Origin: Actinomycetota bacterium
Lineage (GTDB): Bacteria; Actinomycetota; UBA4738
Direction of reading: 5' to 3'
Assembly (NCBI GenBank): GCA_050692195.1
Contig: JBOGVA010000056.1
Location: 6,700-70,699, forward strand
Length of the DNA: 64,000 nt
The notes beneath the pieces were generated by a model. The model did no database searches, was not told where the DNA came from, and saw nothing but the letters and a program-made list of their open reading frames with translations. Shown piece by piece: positions 55,446 through 63,564 of this stretch (positions are counted from its first letter, which is position 1; each line of letters opens with the position of its first letter). The translations under genes and the position numbers were made by a program.

Positions 55446-56279
55446 GTGCCCGAACTTCCCGAGGTCCAGGCGCTGGCAGAACGGATCCACGCCAGCCTGG
55501 CCGGTGCACGGTTCCTGCGGGCGGAGCCTCTCTCCTTCTCTGCCCTCAAGACGGTGACGCCTCCGCCGGAGATCCTGCAGGGGAAGCGGCTGGACGAGGT
55601 CGGCCGGCGGGGGAAGTACCTGGTGTTCACATTCGGGAGCGTGCGCCTGCTGGTGCACCTGTCTCAGGGTGGGCGGGTCGCGTTCCAGCCGACCGACGCC
55701 ACGTCCCGTCCCAGGGGGGGCGTGGTCCGCCTTCGGTTCGATCGTGACCCGTCCCTCCTCTTCCGAGAGTTCGGCACGGAGCGGAAGGCCGGGTGGTGGA
55801 TCCTCGCCCCCGGGGACGAAGGGCCTCTTGCCAAGCTCGGGCCGGAGCCCTTCTCGGATGAGTTCCGCACCCTCGTGTTGACCGGAACCGACTCCGGTCG
55901 GCTCCACGCGATGTTGCGCGACCAGCGCCAGGTGGCCGGGATCGGGCGCGGCTATGCGGACGACATCCTCCATCGAGCCCGGCTGTCGCCGTACCGGTCG
56001 CCGGCGTCGCTGGACGTGGAGGAGCGCGAGCGGCTGCTCGGAGCGGTTCACGAGATCCTCACGGAGGCCACGAACGCCGAGCGCCGTCGATCCGATGGAT
56101 TGCCGGCCAAGCTCGGTGATCACTTCGCCGTCCACGGGCGATTCGGCACCCCGTGTCCCGTGTGCGGGTCAGACCTCCGGCGCGTGTACTACCAATCCCA
56201 TGAGGTGACGTACTGTCCCAGCTGCCAGACGGGAGGACGGGTACTGGCCGATCGCCGCCTCTCCCGGTTGGTCAAATAG
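55446..56279 (+). CDS. fpg: formamidopyrimidine-DNA glycosylase / endonuclease VIII family
   Basis: N-terminal (M)PELPEV. C-terminal zinc finger CPVCGSDLRRVYYQSHEVTYCPSCQ. Confidence 0.9.
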   Translation: MPELPEVQALAERIHASLAGARFLRAEPLSFSALKTVTPPPEILQGKRLDEVGRRGKYLVFTFGSVRLLVHLSQGGRVAFQPTDATSRPRGGVVRLRFDRDPSLLFREFGTERKAGWWILAPGDEGPLAKLGPEPFSDEFRTLVLTGTDSGRLHAMLRDQRQVAGIGRGYADDILHRARLSPYRSPASLDVEERERLLGAVHEILTEATNAERRRSDGLPAKLGDHFAVHGRFGTPCPVCGSDLRRVYYQSHEVTYCPSCQTGGRVLADRRLSRLVK

Positions 56280-56289
56280 GAGCGGTCGG

Positions 56290-56487
56290 ATGTTCGCCTG
56301 GCGCTTCCTGGATGGGAACGGCGAGGAAGTGGGAACCTCGGAGCGCTTTCCCGACAGAGAGCGTGCCGAGGCCTGGATGGGCGAGGCCTGGTCCGGCCTG
56401 CTCGAGCGGGGGATCGAGGAGGTCATCCTGGTCGATGAGGATCGGGGTCACATCTTCCGCATGGGTCTCGAAGAAGAAGGGGCCTAG
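56290..56487 (+). CDS. hypothetical 65-aa acidic protein
   Basis: The ORF sits 11 nt after fpg. No family recognised. Confidence 0.4.
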   Translation: MFAWRFLDGNGEEVGTSERFPDRERAEAWMGEAWSGLLERGIEEVILVDEDRGHIFRMGLEEEGA

Positions 56488-56509
56488 TCCGAGGCCGGCT
56501 GGCCGGGGC

Positions 56510-56875
56510 TCAGAGGTACTGCCCGGACTGGGGATCGATCCGGTCGGAGGCCACTGCCTGCACGTCGCGCTCTCGAAGCAGCAGGAAGATCTCTCCGCGG
56601 ACGTCCACCTCCAGACCGCTCTGCGGGATGAACAAGACCTGATCGCCGATCCTCACGTTCCTGGTGTCCGGTCCTACCAGGATCACCTCTGACCAAACGC
56701 ATCGCTTGACGGGAGGCGTCGCCGTGGCGGGGATGACCAGGCCCCCCTTCGACCTTCGCTCTGAGTCGTCGGGCACGCGAACGAGGAGCCTGTCGGCCGT
56801 GAGCCGGATCTTGTCTCCCGGATCCAGGCCGTGGCTCGGATGCTTCACGGATCGAAGCTTGGGTCGCTGGGTCAT
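56510..56875 (-). CDS. divergent GroES/Cpn10-like protein
   Basis: LLVRVPDDSERRSKGGLVIPATA...VGPDTRNVRIGDQVLF follows the GroES pattern (mobile loop, then GD.V.F). Start at the internal ATG 56875. Confidence 0.55.
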   Translation of the reverse strand: MTQRPKLRSVKHPSHGLDPGDKIRLTADRLLVRVPDDSERRSKGGLVIPATATPPVKRCVWSEVILVGPDTRNVRIGDQVLFIPQSGLEVDVRGEIFLLLRERDVQAVASDRIDPQSGQYL

Positions 56876-56921
56876 CGCCCTCGATTGTAGGGTCTCTTCG
56901 CCCCTGGCCGAGCCTCTTATC

Positions 56922-57788
56922 ATGCACGCCGTGGCGACGGCCCGGGAAGTCCTGCGCGAGGCTGAGCGGAAGTTGAAGGCCTCCCCCGCAATCGAGCACC
57001 CCCACGCGGGAAAGGAGCGCTACGACGCCGAGCAGCTGCTCGCGGTCGTCCTCGGCCGCGAGCCGGATGGGGAAGAAGAGGTCGTCGGGCCCGCCCTCAC
57101 CCGGTTTCGCAGAATGATCGCCCGCAGGGAATCCGGTGTGCCCCTGGCTTACCTCACGGGTCGGACCACGTTCCTCGAGCTCACGTTGGAGGTGCGGCCG
57201 GGAGCATTCATTCCCCGAGAGTCGAGCGAGTTCCTGGCGGAACAGGCCATCCGACGTCTACGGGGACGTCGCAGGCCCGTACACCTCGACCTGGCGACCG
57301 GGATGGGGCCGGTGGCACTGGCGGTCGCGAGCGCCCTCCCCCGAGCGAAGGTCTTGGGCGTCGACGTGGCCGGCCGTCCGGTGGAGCTGGCCCGTCACAA
57401 CGCGGTGCGGCTGAGAATCCGGAACGTGACCTTTCGCCGGGGCGATCTGTTCGACCCGGTGCCGCGCCGCCTGAAAGGATTGGTGGACGTGATCACCCTG
57501 CATCCACCCTACGTGGGGCGCCGGGAGATGAAGGAGCTGCCCGACGAGATTCGAGGGTTCGAGCCGGAGGAGTCCCTGACCGACCGCTCCCCCAGGGGCC
57601 TGGGGCTCCTGGGAAGGGCCGCGAACGAGGCACCGGAATGGCTTCGCTCTGGCGGATGGCTGCTGGTCGAGGTCAGCCCGGATCGGTCCCGGGCAGTGGC
57701 GCAGGTGTTGAGGCAAACGGGCTTTCGAGGCGTGAGGAGCACGAAGGGCGGAGTCGAGGTGAGCCGGGTCGTGGTGGGCCGGATCTGA
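56922..57788 (+). CDS. PrmC/HemK-related N5-glutamine-type methyltransferase (HPPY variant)
   Basis: LDLATGMGPVALA is SAM motif I. ITLHPPYVG replaces the usual NPPY. Start at the internal ATG 56922. Confidence 0.7.
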   Translation: MHAVATAREVLREAERKLKASPAIEHPHAGKERYDAEQLLAVVLGREPDGEEEVVGPALTRFRRMIARRESGVPLAYLTGRTTFLELTLEVRPGAFIPRESSEFLAEQAIRRLRGRRRPVHLDLATGMGPVALAVASALPRAKVLGVDVAGRPVELARHNAVRLRIRNVTFRRGDLFDPVPRRLKGLVDVITLHPPYVGRREMKELPDEIRGFEPEESLTDRSPRGLGLLGRAANEAPEWLRSGGWLLVEVSPDRSRAVAQVLRQTGFRGVRSTKGGVEVSRVVVGRI

Positions 57789-57816
57789 GCGCTCCCTCAG
57801 TCGGTAGCATGGCCGG

Positions 57817-58335
57817 GTGGTGCCGCAGCGAACACCCGCTCCGAAGCCTGGGAGGCCCCGTGACCCCGACGCGCCTCCCAAGCCCGAACGCCCCCGAGAC
57901 GAGCTCGGACGCCCCCTCCCGCGGGACGCGGAGAACAAGCTCCGCATGGAGGATTATGACTCCCTGACGGTGTCGGAAAACCATAGGCTCGGGATCGAAC
58001 ACTTCAACGCCGGGAACTTCTTTCCCGCGCACGAGGCCTGGGAGACCTGCTGGAAGCAGGCGAAATCCACGGGAGATGCCGAGTTCTTCAAGGGGCTGTC
58101 GCAGCTCGGCGCCGGATACGTGCACCTGCTGAGGCACAACTCCCACGGGGCACACACGCTCCTTCGACGAGGAGCGGGCAGGATGGAGCGGTACGGCGAG
58201 GAGCACTATGGGGTAGAAGCGCGGGCGCTGGCGCGTTCGGCGCTGGCTCATGCAAAGGCCATCGAGCGAGCTGAGCAGGCCGGTGACCCCCCGCCGCGCA
58301 TCCGGTTCCCGAGGATCACCCTCCATCACCCGTAG
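57817..58335 (+). CDS. DUF309-like protein
   Basis: GIEHFNAGNFFPAHEAWETCW....FFKGLSQLGAGYVHL pattern. Confidence 0.65.
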   Translation: MVPQRTPAPKPGRPRDPDAPPKPERPRDELGRPLPRDAENKLRMEDYDSLTVSENHRLGIEHFNAGNFFPAHEAWETCWKQAKSTGDAEFFKGLSQLGAGYVHLLRHNSHGAHTLLRRGAGRMERYGEEHYGVEARALARSALAHAKAIERAEQAGDPPPRIRFPRITLHHP

Positions 58336-58353
58336 GCTTGACCTTGACGGCGC

Positions 58354-58815
58354 TCAGTCGTCTTCGTCTTTGCCGGGCCCGGAGTTGTCGTCTGATTTGT
58401 CGTCCTCGTCGTCGTGGTCCCGGTTGCGAGACCCGGAGCTGTCGTCCGAGTCGTCGTCGTTCCCGGTCCCCGGGCCTGAGTTGTCGTTGTCCCGGTTGCC
58501 GGGGCCGGAGTCATCCGACCGCCCGGATTCGTCGTCGTTCGGGAGGCCGGTACAGCGCGGGTCGTTGGCGTGCTCGGCCTCGTCGCACGGACCGCTGATG
58601 TCCACCCGCAGGCCGTCGTTGCGGTCCCCAGCCGCCGGCACGGCGACTCCGGCGCAACGCGGGTCGTTTGCGTGCTCGGCCTCGTCGCACGGACCGCTGA
58701 TGTCCACCACGCCCGGCGAGTCGTTGCTCCCGGCGGCCGTAGCCAGGATGTTCGCCCCCGTTCCGAGCATCAGGATCGCGGCGGTCGCGATCAGCACCTG
58801 CTTCCAGATCTTCAT
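58354..58815 (-). CDS. secreted protein with a duplicated Cys motif (VDISGPCDEAEHANDPRC x2) and a hyper-acidic DNSGPG-repeat tail
   Basis: The ATG at 58815 is preceded by GGGAGGAAG. Signal peptide MKIWKQVLIATAAILMLGTGANILATAAG. The tail is ...DDSGPGNRDNDNSGPGTGNDDDSDD...DDNSGPGKDEDD. Confidence 0.6.
   Translation of the reverse strand: MKIWKQVLIATAAILMLGTGANILATAAGSNDSPGVVDISGPCDEAEHANDPRCAGVAVPAAGDRNDGLRVDISGPCDEAEHANDPRCTGLPNDDESGRSDDSGPGNRDNDNSGPGTGNDDDSDDSSGSRNRDHDDEDDKSDDNSGPGKDEDD
58556..58707 (-). repeat. two 50-nt direct repeats (1 mismatch) 102 nt apart, in frame within the secreted protein gene
   Basis: 58556-58605 against 58658-58707: cgcgggtcgtt[g/t]gcgtgctcggcctcgtcgcacggaccgctgatgtccac. 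Confidence 0.9.
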
Positions 58816-58970
58816 TGCTTCCTCCCTTTCGCGTCCGGCTGCTGGGCTTACACCTCGACGATAGGAGAGGTGGAGCAAGGAGCTTTTCAGTGTCCGATGA
58901 GGCGGTGGTGAGGGGTCGGTTAGGAAGTGATCAAGGGGTCGGGGTCGTCGCGGAGGCGGAGCTTGGCTCG

Positions 58971-59339
58971 CTAGTCGTCGCCTCCGCCGGGTCCGCTGTT
59001 GTCATCGGAGTCGTCGTCTCTGTTGCCGGGCCCGGAGTTGTCGTCCGACTCATCGTCGTCGTCGTTTCCGGGGCCAGAGTTATCCGAGCGTCCCGAGTTG
59101 TCGTCGTCATCGTCCGTCCTGCGGCGGTCGTTGGCCGATTCGTCTTCTTTGTCGGATGGTCCTCGATTGTCGTCAGAGGAACCGCGCGAGTCATCAGTTT
59201 CGAACACGACGTCGTGGGAGTCGGGGATGACCGAGGCGATCCCGATGGAGCTCGAAGAGATCGCGCCCGCCGCGAGGGCGACAGTCACCGGCAGCACGAT
59301 AGCGCCGATGCCCATCAAAGCGGCCTTGATCCGTCTCAT
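58971..59339 (-). CDS. secreted hyper-acidic DNSGPG-repeat protein (paralogue of the downstream gene's tail)
   Basis: Signal peptide MRRIKAALMGIGAIVLPVTVALAAGA. Tail DDDDDNSGRSDNSGPGNDDDDESDDNSGPGNRDDDSDDNSGPGGGDD. It shares the identical 22-mer TGCCGGGCCCGGAGTTGTCGTC (59024-59045) with 58371-58392. Confidence 0.6.
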   Translation of the reverse strand: MRRIKAALMGIGAIVLPVTVALAAGAISSSSIGIASVIPDSHDVVFETDDSRGSSDDNRGPSDKEDESANDRRRTDDDDDNSGRSDNSGPGNDDDDESDDNSGPGNRDDDSDDNSGPGGGDD

Positions 59340-59406
59340 GAGTTGAAGGTACCAGCCACTCGGTCAGTCAAGGCAGCACGTGGCTCAACTGTCCCCAAGC
59401 AGGAGG

Positions 59407-60825
59407 TTAAGAAAGGGTAGGCGCCCTGGGGAAGGTTGCCTCCACCGATGTTCCCTGCCCATTCGCCAGCCGGATCTCCCCATCCCATCGCCGGACGAGC
59501 TCCGCCGCCACTGCCAGGCCCAGGCCCGTTCCGGGCCCCGCTCGGCGGCCGGTGGATCCCCTGTAGAAGCGCTCGAAGATGCGATGCCGGTCTTCGCGAG
59601 GGACGCCCGGGCCCGTGTCGGAGACGACCAGGGTGGGGCGGCCCGAGTCGGCCCTGGTCTCAACCGTGATATCGGTTCCATCCGGGCAATACCGGATGCT
59701 GTTCTCGATGAGGTTGTCCAGAACGTGTCCGAGGTCCTCGGCGTTTCCCCAGATCATGCACGGTCCGTCGACCCGCTGGAGTATGCGCTTGCCGGCTTGC
59801 GCAGCCGGTCCGCGCCAGCGGTCGACGGCGGCCCGGGCCACCTCGACCAGATCGACCCGACCCCCGGTGGACTCGACGGAGGATGCCCTGGCCAGCTCGA
59901 GCAGGTCTTCGACCAGCTCGCCCAGGCGGTTCACCTCTACCTGCGCCTTTCGGGCCTGAGCGCCGGCGGACCCTCCTTCCCCCTCGATGGCCTCCAGGCG
60001 GAGCTTGATGCCGGTCAGTGGCGTGCGGAGCTGATGGGAGGCATTCGCCAGGAAGTCGCGCTGGGCGGTGATGTTCGCGGCGAGGGCCCCGGCCATCCGA
60101 TTGAACGACCGGGCCAGGGTAGCCACTTCCTTCGGTCCTTCTTCCGGCGCGCGAGTCTCCAGGTCGCCCTTCCCCAGCCGCCTCGCGGCTTCCTCCAGCC
60201 GTCGCACGGGTCGCGCCAGCGAGGTGGCCAGCACCCACGCCAAGGCCAGGCCGACGGCGATCACTCCGAGCCCGATGAGGGCCAGGCCCAGCCATCGGCG
60301 CTGGACGCCCGCGGTGATCTCGTCCTGGGGAAGGGAGAAGCGCACGGCGCCCACCACCGCTCCGTTGTCCACCACAGGGACCGCGACCATGAGCAGGTCG
60401 TCGCCTACCGTGTCGCTGAAGCGGCCCCGGATGTTGATCTGGCCCCCCAGCGCCACCGCGAATTCCGGTCGCTCCGAGGTGGCGAACGGGCCGCCCCTCT
60501 CGGCCGAACCGGAGCTGTCCGAGATCAGCAACCCCTCCGCGTCGACCACGACGATGCGACTGCCTTGGGTTCTCCCGGCGAGATCCGTGATGCGAGCATC
60601 GATCGCCCCGACCGCCGCCGTCTCGCCGGTCGCCACGTCCTGCTGGGCTTCCGCCACGTCGTCGGAGATGCGGGAGGCCAGGAGTGCGGCGCTGCCCAGC
60701 GTCTTCACCTGGAACTCGGTGGCAGCGCGCTGCGAAATGGTTCGAGCGAGAGGGACCTCGAGGGCAATGACCACGACGGCCAGCAGGTATGCCGCGGCCA
60801 GCACGACCCTGGTTCGCAGACTCAC
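59407..60825 (-). CDS. sensor histidine kinase (2 TM, HAMP, HisKA, HATPase_c)
   Basis: H-box ASHQLRTPLTGIKLRLEA, N box LDNLIENSIRY and G boxes DTGPGV / GTGLGLAV. The start overlaps the upstream regulator stop by 4 nt. Confidence 0.9.
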   Translation of the reverse strand: MSLRTRVVLAAAYLLAVVVIALEVPLARTISQRAATEFQVKTLGSAALLASRISDDVAEAQQDVATGETAAVGAIDARITDLAGRTQGSRIVVVDAEGLLISDSSGSAERGGPFATSERPEFAVALGGQINIRGRFSDTVGDDLLMVAVPVVDNGAVVGAVRFSLPQDEITAGVQRRWLGLALIGLGVIAVGLALAWVLATSLARPVRRLEEAARRLGKGDLETRAPEEGPKEVATLARSFNRMAGALAANITAQRDFLANASHQLRTPLTGIKLRLEAIEGEGGSAGAQARKAQVEVNRLGELVEDLLELARASSVESTGGRVDLVEVARAAVDRWRGPAAQAGKRILQRVDGPCMIWGNAEDLGHVLDNLIENSIRYCPDGTDITVETRADSGRPTLVVSDTGPGVPREDRHRIFERFYRGSTGRRAGPGTGLGLAVAAELVRRWDGEIRLANGQGTSVEATFPRAPTLS

Positions 60826-61526
60826 CCCGCCAGCTCCTCGGCCGAGGCGAACCGGAATCCCACCCCCCTCACCGTGTGGATGTACCGCGGCGAGGCAGGG
60901 TCGTCCTCGAGCTTCTTGCGCAGCGAGCTCACGTGGACGTCAAGGGTCTTCGTCGATCCGTACCAGTTCGGGTCCCACACCTCGTCCATGAGCTCTGTCC
61001 GCCGCACGACCTTGCCGGCTTCCTCCATCAACCGGCGCAGCAGCTCGAACTCTTTGAGGGTGAGCTGGAGTGGCCGGCCCCCTCTGGTCACCTCACGCGT
61101 GTCGAGGCTCATCCGTATGTCTCCCATCTCGAGCGACGACGCGCCGGTCGGGGCGGGCTCCGCGGTGCGACGAAGGACCGCCCGGATGCGAGCGATCAGC
61201 TCGGCTCCGCTGAAAGGCTTGGCCACGTAGTCGTCGGCCCCCAGCTCCAGGCCGATCACCCGGTCCATCTCCTCCCCCCTGGCGGTGAGCATCACGACGG
61301 GGGTCCGCGATGAGCGTCGAATCTGTCGAAGAACGTCTCTGCCGTCTCCGTCGGGGAGCATGATGTCCAGCAGGATCAGATCCGGAGGCCGGGTGCGAAA
61401 GGCCTCCAAGCCCGATTCGGCGGTGGCGGCGACGACCGCCGAGAAGCCCTCTCGCTCCAGGGCGGCAGCGAGCGGCTCCGAGATGGACTCCTCGTCCTCG
61501 ATCAGAAGGATGCGTCGTCTGGGCAT
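60822..61526 (-). CDS. OmpR/PhoB-family response regulator
   Basis: REC (RILLIEDEE...LILLDIMLPDGDG). Winged helix (LTLKEFELLRRL...IHTVRGVGFRF). Confidence 0.9.
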   Translation of the reverse strand: MPRRRILLIEDEESISEPLAAALEREGFSAVVAATAESGLEAFRTRPPDLILLDIMLPDGDGRDVLRQIRRSSRTPVVMLTARGEEMDRVIGLELGADDYVAKPFSGAELIARIRAVLRRTAEPAPTGASSLEMGDIRMSLDTREVTRGGRPLQLTLKEFELLRRLMEEAGKVVRRTELMDEVWDPNWYGSTKTLDVHVSSLRKKLEDDPASPRYIHTVRGVGFRFASAEELAG

Positions 61527-61554
61527 CGCGATGGGCGCCTGAACACTTTACCCA

Positions 61555-62823
61555 TCAGCCAACGACTCGGTACGCCTCCACCGGCTCCACGCGCCCCTTT
61601 ACCTGTTTCGGCCCCACCGACTCCGCCGCCATCCCGGGAGCGGCGGTGACTGTCGCCGCGGTGGCCAGGACCTCCCCGGCCCCGGCCTCGGACTGCAGTC
61701 GCTGGGCCAGGTTCACCGCGTCCCCGACCACCGTGTACTCGAGCCGCCCTCCCCCTCCGACGGTGCCCGCGATGACGGTGCCCGTGTTCACGCCGACGCC
61801 CATCTTCAGAGCTGGGACCCCCTCGGTTGCCGTCTCGTTGTTCAGCTCCCGCTGGCGTGCCTGCATGGCCAGCGCGCAGCGCAGCGCTCGCTCGGCGTGA
61901 TCGGGAATCGGATCGGGAGCCCCGAACACTGCCATGACCCCGTCGCCTGAGAACTTGTCGATCGTCCCTCCGTGTTCCAGAACCACCTCAGCCATCGCCG
62001 ACAGGTGTCGGGCGAGGATGTCGGCAACCTCCCGGGCGGGGAGCTGCTCGGCGATGGTCGAGAAGCCGCGAATGTCCGAGAAGAGGATGGTCGCCTCCAC
62101 CTCCACCTGGGCACCCGCGGCCGACGGCGCGGCCGCCAGCCGGTCTGCGAACTGGGAGGGGACGAATGAGCGGAGAGCCCGGGCGGACGTGGCCGCGGCA
62201 TGGAGCCGCTTGATCTCATCCACGGCCGTGCTGGCCCCCCGGCCGGCCTCGACCGAGAGACGTTGGAAGAGGCTCGTCACCTTCCTGTCGATGGCCTCCT
62301 GGCTGGTATGGAGCGCCTCGGCCATCTCCACGTAGCCATACCCCTGGGCCATGAGGTCCAGGATGGCGCGGTCCTCCTCCGAACCCTGCTTCCGGTCGGA
62401 GAGGCGGGCGGCGATCGTGGGGTCGATCGACGACCCACCCGCGGCCACCTCCCGGATCGCCCGGGCCAGCTCGTCTCCCTGGCCCAGCCGATCCTTGAGC
62501 AGGTACGCCAGGCCACTGTCGCCTCCTCCCAGCAGAGCCAGCGCATATGCCTCGTCGTCGTGCGCGGAGAGAACGACCACGCCTGTGCCGGGGTGCCGCC
62601 GGCGGATCTCATGGGCGGCCTCGATCCCCTCGAGCTGGAAGTTGGGAGGCATCTTGATGTCTGTGACCACGACGTCCGGCCGGTGCTCCCCGGCGGCGGC
62701 CAGGAGCGTAGGCGCATCCTCGGCCACGCCCACCACCTCGATGCCCTCGCTGGCGCCGAGGAGGGCCCGCACGCCCTCTCGAACCAGCACGTTGTCGTCT
62801 CCTAGGACAACCCGGATCGTCAC
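61555..62823 (-). CDS. response-regulator receiver + LuxR-type HTH + class III adenylate/guanylate cyclase fusion protein
   Basis: REC (IRVVLGDDNVLVREG...VVVTDIKMPP). HTH (EDRAILDLMAQGYGYVEMAEALHTSQEAIDRKVTSLFQRL). Cyclase (ATILFSDIRGFS...GDGVMAVFGAP...MGVGVNTGTVIAG...VGDAVNLAQRL). Confidence 0.85.
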   Translation of the reverse strand: MTIRVVLGDDNVLVREGVRALLGASEGIEVVGVAEDAPTLLAAAGEHRPDVVVTDIKMPPNFQLEGIEAAHEIRRRHPGTGVVVLSAHDDEAYALALLGGGDSGLAYLLKDRLGQGDELARAIREVAAGGSSIDPTIAARLSDRKQGSEEDRAILDLMAQGYGYVEMAEALHTSQEAIDRKVTSLFQRLSVEAGRGASTAVDEIKRLHAAATSARALRSFVPSQFADRLAAAPSAAGAQVEVEATILFSDIRGFSTIAEQLPAREVADILARHLSAMAEVVLEHGGTIDKFSGDGVMAVFGAPDPIPDHAERALRCALAMQARQRELNNETATEGVPALKMGVGVNTGTVIAGTVGGGGRLEYTVVGDAVNLAQRLQSEAGAGEVLATAATVTAAPGMAAESVGPKQVKGRVEPVEAYRVVG

Positions 62824-62870
62824 CGCTCTTCCTTCGAACTTCGCCGCGGCCGCCTGTATACCATCCTGAT

Positions 62871-63551
62871 GTGCCGCTACGCGTCGTCTTTGCCGAGGAC
62901 AACTACCTGGTCCGCGAAGGCACCGCCGCGCTGCTGGCAGGCGTCGAGGAGCTGGACCTGGTAGCCACCGTCTCCGACCGCGACGCCTTGCTCGGGGCGG
63001 TCGAGGAATACCTCCCCGACGCAGTCCTCACGGACATCCGCATGCCGCCCACCCACACCACCGAAGGCATCGAAGCGGCGCGGAAGATCCGCTCGGATCA
63101 TCCCCACATCGGAGTGGTGGTCCTGTCTCAGTACTCGGAGGAGGACTACGCCTACGAGCTCCTGAAGGACGGCGCGGCGGGCCTCGGCTACCTGCTGAAG
63201 GAACGGATCGCCGATGTCGACGAGCTGGTCCGGGCGATCCGCGAGGTCGCCCGGGGCGGCTCCGTCCTGGACCCGAAGGTCGTGGAGGGCCTGGTCGCCC
63301 GACAGGACCGGCTGGCTCACTCGCCCCTCGCCCAGTTGACCGAGCGGGAACGCGAGGTCTTGGGGCAAATGGCCCAGGGGAAGAACAACGCAGCTATCGC
63401 CAGGGCGCTGTTCCTCACCGAGCGAGCGATCGAGAAGCACATCAACTCGCTCTTCCACAAGCTCGGCTTGACCGAGGAGGCGGAGGCCCATCGCCGGGTG
63501 ATGGCCGTCCTGGCCTTCCTCCGTGAGGGAGGCCTCCCCGCGTCCGGCTGA
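62871..63551 (+). CDS. NarL/FixJ-family response regulator (REC + LuxR HTH)
   Basis: LRVVFAEDNYLVREG...AVLTDIRMPP. LTEREREVLGQMAQGKNNAAIARALFLTERAIEKHINSLFHKL. Confidence 0.9.
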   Translation: MPLRVVFAEDNYLVREGTAALLAGVEELDLVATVSDRDALLGAVEEYLPDAVLTDIRMPPTHTTEGIEAARKIRSDHPHIGVVVLSQYSEEDYAYELLKDGAAGLGYLLKERIADVDELVRAIREVARGGSVLDPKVVEGLVARQDRLAHSPLAQLTEREREVLGQMAQGKNNAAIARALFLTERAIEKHINSLFHKLGLTEEAEAHRRVMAVLAFLREGGLPASG

Positions 63552-63564
63552 GGGAAAACACGGC

